Source: Dehalococcoidia bacterium (GTDB lineage Bacteria; Chloroflexota; Dehalococcoidia; Bin125). Taken from it: 64,000 bases of DNA. The notes below the pieces were generated by a model. That model searched no databases. It saw only the letters and a program-made list of their open reading frames with translations, and was not told the DNA's origin. A program made the position numbers and the translations under genes. Positions 8,735 through 19,753 of this stretch are shown here, piece by piece; position 1 is the stretch's first letter, and every line of letters begins with the position of its first letter. The stretch is from the NCBI GenBank assembly GCA_963555985.3, contig OY820591.1, positions 864,001 through 928,000 of the forward strand, given 5' to 3'.

Positions 8735-9949
8735 ATGCCACAAATCGACACTCTCGAACAGGCTCAGCAACGGTTTGGCGAGCTGTTGGCGGCTCAGCAG
8801 GAGCGCGTAGACGCGATCAAGGCCGAAGGCGAGCCAACCGACTTCAGCGCGCTCGACCACATTGAGATTGGCGTGCTCGGGGGCGACGGAATTGGCCCCT
8901 CGATTGCCGATCAGTCGCAGCGCGTGCTCGAATCGCTGCTTGAGGAACCGGTCTCGTCCGGGCGGGTCAGCTTTCGCACCATTGATGGGTTGACGATTGA
9001 GCGCCGCGCTGAAGAGTTGGCGGCGATTCCCGAGGGCGTGCTCAAAGAGATCCACGAGTGCGACGTCACACTCAAGGGTCCGACCACCACTCCCGAGCAG
9101 GGCGACGGTTGGCCCAACATCGAGTCGGCCAACGTGGCCATGCGCAAGGTGCTCGATCTCTTTGCCAACGTCCGTCCGGTGCGCGTGCCCGCTGAGGGGA
9201 TTGACTGGACCTTCTTCCGCGAGAACACGGAAGATCTCTACGCAGTCGGCTCCGAGGGGTTTTCGCTGGGTGATCTCAATATCGATTTCAAGATCCTCAG
9301 CAATCCGGGTAGCGAGCGGATCATCCGCGCGGCGTTTGAGTACGCCAAGAACAACGGCAAGGACAGCGTGACCGTCGTGACCAAGGCGAACGTGGTCAAG
9401 ACGACTGACGGCGCGTTCTTGGACGCGGCTCGGCGCGTGGCCGAGGATTACCCCGACATCGGCTGGGAGGGGTGGTACATCGACATCATGACCGCCAAGT
9501 TGGTCGACCCCAAGCGGCGGACGAACTTCCAAGTGTTCGCGCTGCCGAATCTGTACGGCGACATCCTGACCGACGAAGCGGCCGAGTTCCAGGGCGGCGT
9601 GGGCACAGCCGGCGCGGCCAACATCGGCACGAAGACAGCGATGTTCGAAGCGATCCACGGCAGCGCGCCGCGCATGGTTCGAGAGGGCCGCGACATCTAC
9701 GCTGATCCGTCCTCGATGCTCCGCGCCGGTGCGATGCTGCTCAGTCACATCGGCTACCAGGAACTGGGCGACAAGCTGGACAAGGCAATGGATTTGTGCG
9801 GCCAGTACGAGAAGGAACTCGTGATGACGGGCCGCAACACCGGCGCGACGACGGCTGAGTTCGGCGATTACGTGTTGGCGACGGTGCGTGACTCGCAGCT
9901 CGAGGAGCGCTGGGCTGAGGCGATTGAGCGCGTCCGCGCCGGCGCCTAA
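8735..9949 (+). CDS. isocitrate/isopropylmalate dehydrogenase family
   Basis: GDGIGP, KGPTTTP, RENTEDLY, KANVVK, NLYGDILTD, FEAIHGSAP; GAGGAG RBS at 8721. Confidence 0.88.
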   Translation: MPQIDTLEQAQQRFGELLAAQQERVDAIKAEGEPTDFSALDHIEIGVLGGDGIGPSIADQSQRVLESLLEEPVSSGRVSFRTIDGLTIERRAEELAAIPEGVLKEIHECDVTLKGPTTTPEQGDGWPNIESANVAMRKVLDLFANVRPVRVPAEGIDWTFFRENTEDLYAVGSEGFSLGDLNIDFKILSNPGSERIIRAAFEYAKNNGKDSVTVVTKANVVKTTDGAFLDAARRVAEDYPDIGWEGWYIDIMTAKLVDPKRRTNFQVFALPNLYGDILTDEAAEFQGGVGTAGAANIGTKTAMFEAIHGSAPRMVREGRDIYADPSSMLRAGAMLLSHIGYQELGDKLDKAMDLCGQYEKELVMTGRNTGATTAEFGDYVLATVRDSQLEERWAEAIERVRAGA

Positions 9950-9977
9950 GGAAGAATGAGGCGGGGAGGGGGCGGTT

Positions 9978-10607
9978 ATGCCCAATGAATTGCAGCGCGC
10001 CCGCGCTCGCGCGGAGCGGGCCGAGGAAGGCCGGAAGGCGGCGGTCGTCCGCGCGGATTCGCTTGAGGATCGGGCGAAGAAGGCCGAACGCCAGGCGCGT
10101 GAAGCGCAGCAGCGGGCGGAGCGTCTGGCGGATCGTCTGGCCCACGCAGGCGAAGAAGTGGGGCCGCTGCGGGCCGAACTGCGCGCGGCAAAGGCGGAAT
10201 TGGCGAACGTGAGCGAGCGCGTGGCCTCCGCTGAGGACGCAGCGCAATCGGCCAACGAACGCGCGGACGCCCTCGCTGCCCAGCATGATGAAGCCGAGCG
10301 TGCGCGCGCAGCGCTGGCCGCGCAGCAGGATGATCTAACGCAACGAGCCAGTTTCTATGAACAGGCGGCCAAAGAGTCAGCCGCGAGTCTGGCCGCGGCC
10401 GCTGCGGCGCAAAGCGAAGCGGAGCAGCAAGCCTCGGAACTACAAGCCAAGCTCGATGAACAGCACAGTCAGCATCGGACGGAACTCAACCGCGTCACGC
10501 GCGAACGCGACCAGCTGCAGAAGAAGCTGACGGCGCTGGAGGCCGAGCTGGAAGAGGCGCGGAGAGGCGTAAGCGGGGCTTTGCGGCGTCGTTTCGGGCG
10601 CGGATAA
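9978..10607 (+). CDS. coiled-coil hypothetical protein
   Basis: A/E/R/Q-rich heptad pattern; GGAGG RBS. Confidence 0.65.
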   Translation: MPNELQRARARAERAEEGRKAAVVRADSLEDRAKKAERQAREAQQRAERLADRLAHAGEEVGPLRAELRAAKAELANVSERVASAEDAAQSANERADALAAQHDEAERARAALAAQQDDLTQRASFYEQAAKESAASLAAAAAAQSEAEQQASELQAKLDEQHSQHRTELNRVTRERDQLQKKLTALEAELEEARRGVSGALRRRFGRG

Positions 10608-10707
10608 GGCGGCTGTCGGTCGTTCCTGTACGTTCCTGTATTGGCCGTCACATGCAAGCGGTCCGCCGCTGGTTAACCTCTCGACAGAGGCGTGAACGGA
10701 GTCCGTC

Positions 10708-13700
10708 GTGAGTGAGCGAGCGGGGCTGTTGGATGTGGCGGCGCAACGGGTCGTCGTGCTTGACGGCGCGACAGGGACTGGTCTCCAGCTCATGGATCTG
10801 TCGCTGAGCGACTTTGACGGTCTCGAAGGCTGTAATGAGATTCTGAATCTGAGTCGTCCCGATGCAGTTGAGGCGTTGCATGAGTCGTATTTGGCGGCGG
10901 GCGCAGATGCGGTGTTGACGAACTCCTTCGGCGGCTCCGTGATCACATTGGGTGAATACGACTTGTCTGAGCGAACGCGCGAGATCAACGCCGCCGCCGC
11001 GAACCACGCGCGGCGCGTGGCTGATCGTTTTGCGACCGTCGATCGTCCCCGCTTCGCGATCGGATCACTTGGGCCGGGCACCAAGCTGCCGTCGCTGGGC
11101 CATGTCGATTTTGACGACCTCTACGCGGCTTACCTGGAACAGGCGCGAGGGTTGCTGGACGGCGATGTCGACGCCTTGCTGGTCGAGACTGTCTACGACC
11201 TGTTGCAAGGCAAAGCCGCGATTTTGGCTTGTCACGACGCGGTTGCGGAGCGCGGCGCTGCCACACCGGTGTTCGGTACAGTCACGATTGAGACCACCGG
11301 CCAGATGCTGGTCGGTTCCGAGATTGGCGCGGCGCTGACGGCGCTTGCGCCGATGCGGTTGGACGGGATCGGGCTGAACTGCGCCACCGGCCCCGATCTG
11401 ATGCATGAGCCGCTGCGTTATCTGTCGCTGAGCGCCGATGGCCCGTTGCTCTGTTCGCCGAATGCCGGGCTTCCCCGCACAGAGAACGGGCAGATGGTCT
11501 ACGACCTGACTCCAGCCCAGCTCGCAGAAGCGCACCGCACCTTCGTCTCGGAATACGGCGTGAACATCGTCGGCGGCTGTTGCGGGACGACCCCCGAACA
11601 TGTGCGGGCTGTCCAGGAAGAAGTAGGAGGCCAAAGCGCGGCTGTGCGGTCACCAGAGTCGGAACCGGCGGCGGCGTCGCTCTTCGTCAGTACGCCCTAT
11701 CGCCAGGACACGTCGTTTCTGATCGTGGGCGAACGCGCCAACGCGAACGGCTCGCGGCGCTTCAAGCGCCTGCTCCAGCGAGAGCGCTGGGAGCAGATGG
11801 CGAACATCGTGCGCGATCAGGCCGCCGAGGGCGCGCATGTCGCCGATGTCTGCGTCGATTTCGTGGGCCGCGACGGCGTTCCGGACATGGAGCAGCTAGT
11901 GACGCTCGCTCGCGGGGTCTCAACGCTGCCGCTGATGCTCGATTCGACCGAGCCGCCCGTGCTGGAGGCGGGGCTGAAGCTGTTGGGCGGCAAGGCGATC
12001 GTGAATTCGATCAACCTCGAGGATGGTGGCGTGCGTCTGGATCGGACGCTGCGAGCGGCTGTGCGTTTCGGCGCGGCGGCGGTCGCGCTCGTGATTGACG
12101 AAGAGGGACAGGCCCGCACCTGCGAGCGGAAAGTGGCAATCGCGGAGCGGCTCTACCGGATTGCGACTGAGGACTACGAACTCGCGCCGGAAGATTTGTT
12201 CTTCGACGCGCTCACTTTGCCGGTGAGCACGGGACAGGAAGACCTGCGCCGCGACGGGATTGAGACGCTTGATGCAGTTGAACAGATCAGCCGGCGCTTT
12301 CCCCGCGCGCAGACGATTCTTGGCGTCAGCAATATCTCCTTTGGCCTCAATGCAGCTGCGCGGCAAGTGCTCAACTCGGTCTTCCTGCAAGAGGCGATTG
12401 ATCGCGGGTTGACCGCGGCCATTGTGCACGCCGCGCAGATTCTGCCGATCAACCGTATTCCCGACGAACAACTCACCGCTGCCCGCCGCTTGATCTACAA
12501 CGAGTGGATGGACGGCGCCGATCCGTTGCAGGCGTTCATGGCGTTGTTCGAGGGGCACGAGGCGAACGTCTCCGCGCGCGACGATCTGAGCACGCTGCCG
12601 TTGGAGGAGCGCTTACACCGCCGGATCGTGGACGGGCAGCGCGAAGGTCTGGAAGCCGACCTTGATCAAGCGCTCGAACGTCGCGGCGCGATCGAGATCA
12701 TCAACGGCCTATTACTGCCCGCAATGCAGGAGGTAGGCGAGCTCTTCGGCGCGGGCAAGATGCAGCTGCCCTTCGTGCTGCAATCGGCCGAGACGATGAA
12801 GCGCGCGGTCTCTCAACTGGAGCCGCATATGGACAAGCTCGATGCGAGCGGCAAGGGCGTGATCGTACTGGCCACCGTGCGCGGGGATGTGCATGACATC
12901 GGCAAGAACCTGGTCGACATCATCCTCTCCAACAACGGCTTTACGACGGTCAATCTAGGGATCAAGCAGCCGATCAACACGATCATCGACGCTGCCATTG
13001 AGCACGAAGCGGACGCGATCGGGCTGTCGGGCTTGCTGGTCAAATCGACTCTGGTGATGCAAGACGACCTCAAGGAACTGAACGCGCGCGGTCTCGCAGA
13101 ACGTTGGCCGGTGTTGCTAGGTGGGGCGGCGCTGACGCGGAAGTTTGTCGAATCCGATCTGCGGCGCGAGTTCGAGGGCAAGGTCTTCTACGGACAGGAC
13201 GCCTTTGAGGGGTTGCGGATCATGAATGCGCTGGCGGACGGTGTGGAATTAGACGCATCGCCGGTAGAGGTTACGGCGCGCCCTGCTCCTCGCGCGCCTG
13301 CCGCCGCAAAGACGCGAACGACCGTCGCGCCCGCGCCGTCGATCCCCAAGCCGCCCTTCTGGGGATCGCGAGTAGTGCGCGGGATTTCGTTGGGCGAGGT
13401 CTTTCCCTATGTGAACAAGCGGATGCTGTATCGCGGGCAGTGGTCGCTGAAGGACGACGGCGCCGAGACGGAGCGGGTTGCCGAGGAGTCGTTTCGGCGG
13501 CTACAGGATGAGGCGGTGCGCGGCGGGATTCTGGAGCCGGCGGTGGTCTACGGGTTTTTCCCGGCGCAGGCCGACGGCGATGCGGTGATCGTCTACGGCC
13601 CGGAGGGCGGCGGCGAGTTGGCGAGGTTCGAGTTCCCCCGCCAAGTGGGGAAACAGGGACTCTGCCTCTCCGACTTCTTCCGCAGCGTGGAGAGCGGTGA

Positions 13701-14109
13701 GCTGGATGTGATCGGCTTCCACGTGGTCACGATGGGCCGCCGCGTGAGCGAGTACACCGCCCGTCTGTACGCCGAAGACCGCTACCAGGATTACCTCTAC
13801 TGGCACGGCTTCGGGGTCGAAACCGCCGAGGCGCTGGCCGAGTACTGGCATCAGCGGATCCGCCAGGAGCTCGGGATCACCGGCTCCGACGGCACGATCG
13901 AGGAATTGTTCAAGACGACATATCAGGGGCAGCGCTACTCGTTCGGCTATCCGGCCTGTCCGAATCTTGAGGATCAGCAGATTCTCTGGCGGCTCTTGGA
14001 GCCGGAGCGGATCGGCGTCTCGCTGAGCGATGAGTTCCAGATGCATCCGGAGCAGTCGACTTCGGCGCTGATCGTGCATCATCCCGAGGCCCGTTACTTC
14101 GGTATCTAG
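10708..14109 (+). CDS. metH: cobalamin-dependent methionine synthase
   Basis: GGCCGT Zn motif, pterin-binding domain, DVHDIGKN B12 motif, RYSFGYPACP activation domain. Confidence 0.97.
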   Translation: MSERAGLLDVAAQRVVVLDGATGTGLQLMDLSLSDFDGLEGCNEILNLSRPDAVEALHESYLAAGADAVLTNSFGGSVITLGEYDLSERTREINAAAANHARRVADRFATVDRPRFAIGSLGPGTKLPSLGHVDFDDLYAAYLEQARGLLDGDVDALLVETVYDLLQGKAAILACHDAVAERGAATPVFGTVTIETTGQMLVGSEIGAALTALAPMRLDGIGLNCATGPDLMHEPLRYLSLSADGPLLCSPNAGLPRTENGQMVYDLTPAQLAEAHRTFVSEYGVNIVGGCCGTTPEHVRAVQEEVGGQSAAVRSPESEPAAASLFVSTPYRQDTSFLIVGERANANGSRRFKRLLQRERWEQMANIVRDQAAEGAHVADVCVDFVGRDGVPDMEQLVTLARGVSTLPLMLDSTEPPVLEAGLKLLGGKAIVNSINLEDGGVRLDRTLRAAVRFGAAAVALVIDEEGQARTCERKVAIAERLYRIATEDYELAPEDLFFDALTLPVSTGQEDLRRDGIETLDAVEQISRRFPRAQTILGVSNISFGLNAAARQVLNSVFLQEAIDRGLTAAIVHAAQILPINRIPDEQLTAARRLIYNEWMDGADPLQAFMALFEGHEANVSARDDLSTLPLEERLHRRIVDGQREGLEADLDQALERRGAIEIINGLLLPAMQEVGELFGAGKMQLPFVLQSAETMKRAVSQLEPHMDKLDASGKGVIVLATVRGDVHDIGKNLVDIILSNNGFTTVNLGIKQPINTIIDAAIEHEADAIGLSGLLVKSTLVMQDDLKELNARGLAERWPVLLGGAALTRKFVESDLRREFEGKVFYGQDAFEGLRIMNALADGVELDASPVEVTARPAPRAPAAAKTRTTVAPAPSIPKPPFWGSRVVRGISLGEVFPYVNKRMLYRGQWSLKDDGAETERVAEESFRRLQDEAVRGGILEPAVVYGFFPAQADGDAVIVYGPEGGGELARFEFPRQVGKQGLCLSDFFRSVESGELDVIGFHVVTMGRRVSEYTARLYAEDRYQDYLYWHGFGVETAEALAEYWHQRIRQELGITGSDGTIEELFKTTYQGQRYSFGYPACPNLEDQQILWRLLEPERIGVSLSDEFQMHPEQSTSALIVHHPEARYFGI

Positions 14110-14202
14110 TCGGAAACTAGACGTGCGGCGCGATAGGCTGCGCGCTATTGAGCGCGACTGACTCGAATTGAGGGAGACGGCGGGTGAAGACGCAGGCGCC
14201 GC

Positions 14203-15555
14203 ATGGCTGATCTCTTCCGACCGCGTTGGCGCGAGGGCACCGATCCGTTCCGTCGGATTGTTGTGCAGGGGACCTTGCGCTTCATGGAGGTCGAAGCCGC
14301 GGGCGGCATTGTGCTCGTGGTGGCGGCCGTGATCGCCATGCTCTGGGCCAACATCGATTTCCATTCCTACGACTCCTTCTGGCACACGCACATCAAGCTC
14401 GATCTCTCCATCTGGTCGTTCGATCAATCGTTGCAGCATGTCGTCAACGACATCCTGATGGTGGTCTTCTTCCTCGTCGTAGGAGCCGAGATCAAGCGCG
14501 AAGTCACGCACGGCGAGTTGCGCGATCCGCGCCAGGCGGCGCTGCCGATTTTCGCCGCGCTGGGCGGGATGCTGGTGCCGGCAGCGCTCTACGCCGCGCT
14601 CAACGCCGGCGGCGAGGGCGGCTCGGGCTGGGGCATCCCGGTGGCGACCGATATCGCCTTCGCGCTGGGCGTGCTGGCGCTGGTCGGTCGCGGCGTACCG
14701 GTTCAGCTCAAGGTGTTCCTGCTCACGCTGGCCGTCGCCGACGATGTCGGCGGCATTCTGATCATCGCCATCTTCTACTCGGAATCGATCCAAGTGGAGT
14801 GGATTGCGGGGATGATCGGCGCCGTTGCATTCTTGTTGTTGCTCAAGCAGATGGGCTTCCGCCACGTTGGCATCCATGTCCTTGGCGGCCTGTTCCTCTG
14901 GCTGACGCTTTGGGAGGCGGGCGTCCACGCGACCCTGGCCGGAGTCATTCTCGGCTTGATCGTTCCCGCCGATGCCCTCTATGACGACAAGGGCATCACC
15001 CGCCGAGTCGATTATCTGCTGCAACGGTTGCGATATGTCCAGGAGGACCCGGACCCCGCGGTCCGCGAGCACGACTCTCACGAAGCGCTGCGCAATATTG
15101 AGCACGTCGCTCGCGAAGGCGTGAGCCCGCTCGAGCGCCTGGAGGAAGGCATCGCGCCGATCTCCGCGTTCATCGTCGTGCCGCTCTTCGCTCTGGCGAA
15201 CGCGGGAATTCACATCACCGGAGACAGCATCGACGCCGCGCTCAGCTCGAATATCGCGTGGGGTATTTTCCTGGGTCTGTTGTTGGGCAAATTCTTCGGG
15301 ATCGTCGCGGCATCAGCGTTGGCGATCAGGCTGGGGCTCGCATTCAAGCCCGTGCAGCTTCAGTGGTCGCATCTGGGCGGCGCGGCGCTGCTGGCCGGGA
15401 TCGGGTTCACCGTGGCGATCTTCATCGCCAACCTCAGCTTCGGGGCGGACGAGACCAAACTGCTCGAGGGCGCGAAGATTGGCATCTTCGCTGCCTCGAT
15501 TGTGGCCGCCGTGCTTGGCTTCATCGTGCTGCGTCGGACCGCGGCGCGCTTCTGA
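14203..15555 (+). CDS. nhaA: Na+/H+ antiporter NhaA
   Basis: GWGIPVATDIAF, LAVADD, LAGIGFT. Confidence 0.93.
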   Translation: MADLFRPRWREGTDPFRRIVVQGTLRFMEVEAAGGIVLVVAAVIAMLWANIDFHSYDSFWHTHIKLDLSIWSFDQSLQHVVNDILMVVFFLVVGAEIKREVTHGELRDPRQAALPIFAALGGMLVPAALYAALNAGGEGGSGWGIPVATDIAFALGVLALVGRGVPVQLKVFLLTLAVADDVGGILIIAIFYSESIQVEWIAGMIGAVAFLLLLKQMGFRHVGIHVLGGLFLWLTLWEAGVHATLAGVILGLIVPADALYDDKGITRRVDYLLQRLRYVQEDPDPAVREHDSHEALRNIEHVAREGVSPLERLEEGIAPISAFIVVPLFALANAGIHITGDSIDAALSSNIAWGIFLGLLLGKFFGIVAASALAIRLGLAFKPVQLQWSHLGGAALLAGIGFTVAIFIANLSFGADETKLLEGAKIGIFAASIVAAVLGFIVLRRTAARF

Positions 15556-15689
15556 GCGATACCTGACTTGCCGGACAAGCGCCAGACGAGGCTCGCGCGT
15601 GCGCTACACTTTCGTGGGTTCTCCGACAATCGTCGGTGAAGCCTGTGCGGCGGTGCATGGCCGCCGTCCACCACAGTTTCGAGTGACGG

Positions 15690-16574
15690 ATGGAGCAGGA
15701 GGCGGCCTACGTGCAAGCGGTCAAATATGCCCGCGCGGGCAGCGTCGAGGAAGCGGTAAGCCTGTTGCAGGAGGGCGGCGAAGGCGCGCGTCCGCTCGCG
15801 GGCGGTACCGATGTCATCGTCCAGGCGCGCGAGCGCACCCGCGACATCAGTCTCTTCGTCGACATCAAGCACATCGACGAGGTGATGCAACTCTCCTACA
15901 ACCCCGATGACGGCCTCACCATTGGCGCGGCCACGCCCTGCCACGAGATCTACGGGGACGCGACGGTGCAGGAGTTGTATCCGGCGCTGGTCGATTCGAC
16001 CTCGCTGATCGGCGGTACCGCGATTCAGGGGCGCGCCTCGCTGGGCGGGAACCTATGTAACTCGTCCCCAGCTGCGGACGGGATTCCGACCCTGATCGTG
16101 CTGGAGGCTCAAGTCGAGATCGCCGGCCCCGGCGGACGCCGCTCGGTCCCGGTGGAAGACTTCTGCACCGCTCCGGGACGCAACGTGCTCGAAGCGGGTG
16201 AGTTTGTGGTTGCGCTCCATTTCCCAGCCCCCGCAGCAGGCTCCGGCGCGCGCTTCCTGCGTTTCATTCCCCGCAACGAAATGGATATCGCCGTCACCAA
16301 CGCCGCCACTCAAGTCCGGCTTGACGGCGACACGGTGACCTGGGCTCGGGTCTCAATCGGCGCTGTCGCGCCGACGCCGTTGCTGGTGGCCGACGCAGCC
16401 GCAGCGCTGGTTGGGCAGCCGTTGAGCGACGACACGATTGCAGCTGCTGCGGCTGCTTCACGCGCCGCCGCCAACCCGATTACCGATATGCGCGGCTCGA
16501 TCCGCCAGCGTGTGCATTTGTCGGGCGTCTTGACCGAACGAACGATCCGCCAGGCCGCTGAGCGCGCGGCATAG
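15690..16574 (+). CDS. xanthine dehydrogenase-family FAD subunit (CoxM/XdhB-like)
   Basis: LAGGTDV, ASLGGNLCNSSPAAD. Confidence 0.9.
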   Translation: MEQEAAYVQAVKYARAGSVEEAVSLLQEGGEGARPLAGGTDVIVQARERTRDISLFVDIKHIDEVMQLSYNPDDGLTIGAATPCHEIYGDATVQELYPALVDSTSLIGGTAIQGRASLGGNLCNSSPAADGIPTLIVLEAQVEIAGPGGRRSVPVEDFCTAPGRNVLEAGEFVVALHFPAPAAGSGARFLRFIPRNEMDIAVTNAATQVRLDGDTVTWARVSIGAVAPTPLLVADAAAALVGQPLSDDTIAAAAAASRAAANPITDMRGSIRQRVHLSGVLTERTIRQAAERAA

Positions 16575-16590
16575 TGAGGGAGACAGCTCA

Positions 16591-17073
<483 letters not shown>

Positions 17074-17108
17074 CCGCCCATTCCGCCCACCACGAGAGGA
17101 CTCTTCGC

Positions 17109-19400
17109 ATGGTTACGGCTCAGTCGAAAGAAACCGAGAAGTACAACGTCATCGGTACCCGTCCGATCCGCCACGACGGAGTGGACAAGGTCACCGGCGC
17201 GGCCCAGTACGGCGCTGATCTCAGCCTGCCCGGGATGCTGGCCGGACGTGTTCTGCGCAGCCCCCACGCGCACGCCCGGATCGTGAGCATCGACACCAGT
17301 AAGGCCGAAGCGCTCGAGGGCGTCCACGCTGTGATTACCAACGCCGACTTCCCGCGCGCCTCCGATGAGGTGATCGACACCGGCGAGGGCACCGCCCAGC
17401 TGAACTGGGTGCTGGACAACGTGATCGCTTCCGACAAGGTGCTCTACAAGGGCCACGCGGTGGCCGCTGTCGCTGCTGCGGACCATCACATCGCCGAGGA
17501 CGCGCTCGAACTGATCGAGGTCGAGTACGAGTTGCTCACGCCGGTACTCGATGTCCGCGACGCAATGGTTGACGGCTCGCCGCTGCTCCACGACAGCCTG
17601 CACACCGGCGAGATGGACGGCTCCAAGAGCGACAACGCCAGCAACACCGCCTCGCACCTCCAGTTCACCAAGGGCGACCTCGACGACGGCTTCGCCGATG
17701 CCGATGTCGTGATTGAGCGCGAGTTCGAGACCTCGATGGCGCACCAGGGCTACATCGAGCCGCATAACGGCTCCGCCTACTACCGCGCCGACGGCACGCT
17801 CGACATCTGGACTTCGACTCAGGGCGCATTCGTCGTGCGCGACTCGGTTGCGCCGCTGCTGCAACTCTCACCATCGCAGGTCAAGGTGACGCCGATGGAG
17901 ATCGGCGGCGGGTTCGGTGGCAAGATCCCCGTCTACCTCGAACCACTGGCCGCACTGCTCTCGCAGAAGACCGGCCGCCCGGTCAAGCTGACCATGAACC
18001 GCGAGGAAGTCCTGCTCGCCACCGGCCCGACCTCAGGTACCTACATGCGTGTCCGTATGGGCGCGAAGCGCGACGGCACGATCACGGCGGCTGACGTGCA
18101 CTTGGCCTTTGAGGCCGGCGCGTACCCCGGTTCGCCGGTCGGGGCCGGCGCGATGTGCGCGCTGGCGCCGTACGACATTCCCAACCAGCGGATCGACGGC
18201 TACGACGTGGTCGTGAACAAGCCGAAGACCGCCGCCTACCGAGCGCCCGGCGCGCCGCAGTCCGAGTTCGCCACCGAATCGGTGCTGAACGAGTTGGCGG
18301 AAGAGCTGGGCATTGACCCGCTCGAGATTCGGCTGAAGAACGCCTGTGAGGAAGGCGCGCAGCGCGCCGACGGCTTCACCTACGGCATCATCGGCAATGT
18401 CGAGTGCATGGTCGCAGCACAGGAATCGCCGCACTGGCAGTCGGAGCTCGAAGGCCCGAACCGCGGCCGCGGCGTTGCCCAGGGCTTCTGGTTCAACATC
18501 GGCTTCGAGTCCTCGGCCTACGCCCAGGTCAACGGCGACGGCACCGTGCCGCTCGTGCTCGGCTCGACCGACATCGGCGGTACCCGCGCCTCGATCGCGA
18601 TGCAGCTCGCCGAGACGCTCGGCATCTCCGCCGAGGAAGTGCATCCGCACGTGGTTGACACCAACTCGGTCGGTTACACGCAGGTCACCGGCGGCAGCCG
18701 CACGACCTTCGCCGGCGGCTGGGCCGCCTACGAGTGCGCGATGGACATCCGCCGTCAGATGGAAGCACGCGCCGCCCAGATCTGGGAGTGCGACGCGGAC
18801 GACGTCGAATACGGCGACGACGCGATCATTCGCGGTCCCGCCGACGAGGACGGCAACGACCGCCAGTTCACGTTCAAGGAGCTCGCCGGCCAGCTCGCCG
18901 CCAGCGGCGGCCACATCGTCGGTCGCGCGGACGTGAACAAGACCTCCAGCGGCCCCGCCTTTGCCACGCACATCGTTGACGTCGAGGTCGATCCCGACAC
19001 CGGCAAGGTAGACATCCTCCGCTACACCGCCGTCCAGGACGCCGGCACTGCCATCCACCCGGCCTACGTCGAGGGTCAGATGCAGGGCGGCGTCTCCCAG
19101 GGCGTCGGCATGGCCCTGAACGAGGAGTACTACTACGACGACTCCGGCGACCTCAAGAACGCCAGCCTGCTCGACTACCGGATGCCGACCGCGCTCGACC
19201 TGCCGATGATCGACCCGATCATCGTCGAGGTGCCGAACCCAGGTCACCCCTACGGCGTGCGCGGCGTCGGCGAGGTGCCGATCATTCCGCCCGCCCCGGC
19301 CGTGCGAGCCGCCATCGCCAACGCGATCGGCGTGCATATGTCCGAACTACCGATGTCGCCGCGAGCGATCCTCGACGCGACCATGCCGGACGAGGACTAA
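17109..19400 (+). CDS. xanthine dehydrogenase-family molybdopterin-binding subunit
   Basis: GGGFGGK, AYRAPG, GVGE motifs. Confidence 0.92.
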   Translation: MVTAQSKETEKYNVIGTRPIRHDGVDKVTGAAQYGADLSLPGMLAGRVLRSPHAHARIVSIDTSKAEALEGVHAVITNADFPRASDEVIDTGEGTAQLNWVLDNVIASDKVLYKGHAVAAVAAADHHIAEDALELIEVEYELLTPVLDVRDAMVDGSPLLHDSLHTGEMDGSKSDNASNTASHLQFTKGDLDDGFADADVVIEREFETSMAHQGYIEPHNGSAYYRADGTLDIWTSTQGAFVVRDSVAPLLQLSPSQVKVTPMEIGGGFGGKIPVYLEPLAALLSQKTGRPVKLTMNREEVLLATGPTSGTYMRVRMGAKRDGTITAADVHLAFEAGAYPGSPVGAGAMCALAPYDIPNQRIDGYDVVVNKPKTAAYRAPGAPQSEFATESVLNELAEELGIDPLEIRLKNACEEGAQRADGFTYGIIGNVECMVAAQESPHWQSELEGPNRGRGVAQGFWFNIGFESSAYAQVNGDGTVPLVLGSTDIGGTRASIAMQLAETLGISAEEVHPHVVDTNSVGYTQVTGGSRTTFAGGWAAYECAMDIRRQMEARAAQIWECDADDVEYGDDAIIRGPADEDGNDRQFTFKELAGQLAASGGHIVGRADVNKTSSGPAFATHIVDVEVDPDTGKVDILRYTAVQDAGTAIHPAYVEGQMQGGVSQGVGMALNEEYYYDDSGDLKNASLLDYRMPTALDLPMIDPIIVEVPNPGHPYGVRGVGEVPIIPPAPAVRAAIANAIGVHMSELPMSPRAILDATMPDED

Positions 19401-19427
19401 CCCTCCAAGCAACCGGTAGACACACAA

Positions 19428-19463
19428 CGAGGGCGGCTCCGCGGCAGATGCGGGCCGCCCTCG
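19428..19463 (+). terminator. GC-rich hairpin downstream of the molybdoenzyme large subunit
   Basis: CGAGGGCGGC..CCGC / GCGG.GCCGCCCTCG stem; no U-tract. Confidence 0.45.
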
Positions 19464-19489
19464 GTCGTACCGGCGATAAAGGCCTGAGC

Positions 19490-19753
19490 ATGATCACAGT
19501 CCTCGTTCCACAGCCGCTGAGAACGCTGACAGACGGTGAGGGCGTGCTCACTGCGGAAGGACATAATCTCCGCAGCGTGATTCGGGATCTGGGTCAGCGC
19601 TACCCGGAGTTGGCCGAGCGGCTGGTGCAGAACGGACGCATCGGGCGAGGCCTGTCGCTGGCGATCAATGGTGATGTGGTGAGCACAGGTCTGATCACCA
19701 AGGTGCCGGAGGGCGCGGAGATCGCGATCGTGCCGCAGATCAGCGGCGGCTAG
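19490..19753 (+). CDS. MoaD/ThiS-family sulfur carrier
   Basis: ubiquitin-like size, C-terminal ISGG, adjacent to the molybdoenzyme. Confidence 0.85.
   Translation: MITVLVPQPLRTLTDGEGVLTAEGHNLRSVIRDLGQRYPELAERLVQNGRIGRGLSLAINGDVVSTGLITKVPEGAEIAIVPQISGG

Noticed and set aside
9978-10607. SMC or cell-division protein
   Set aside because: Pure coiled coil with no ATPase or other diagnostic domain.
10608-10707. Cobalamin or SAM riboswitch before metH
   Set aside because: The spacer is only 100 bp, with no recognisable B12-box or SAM-I core.
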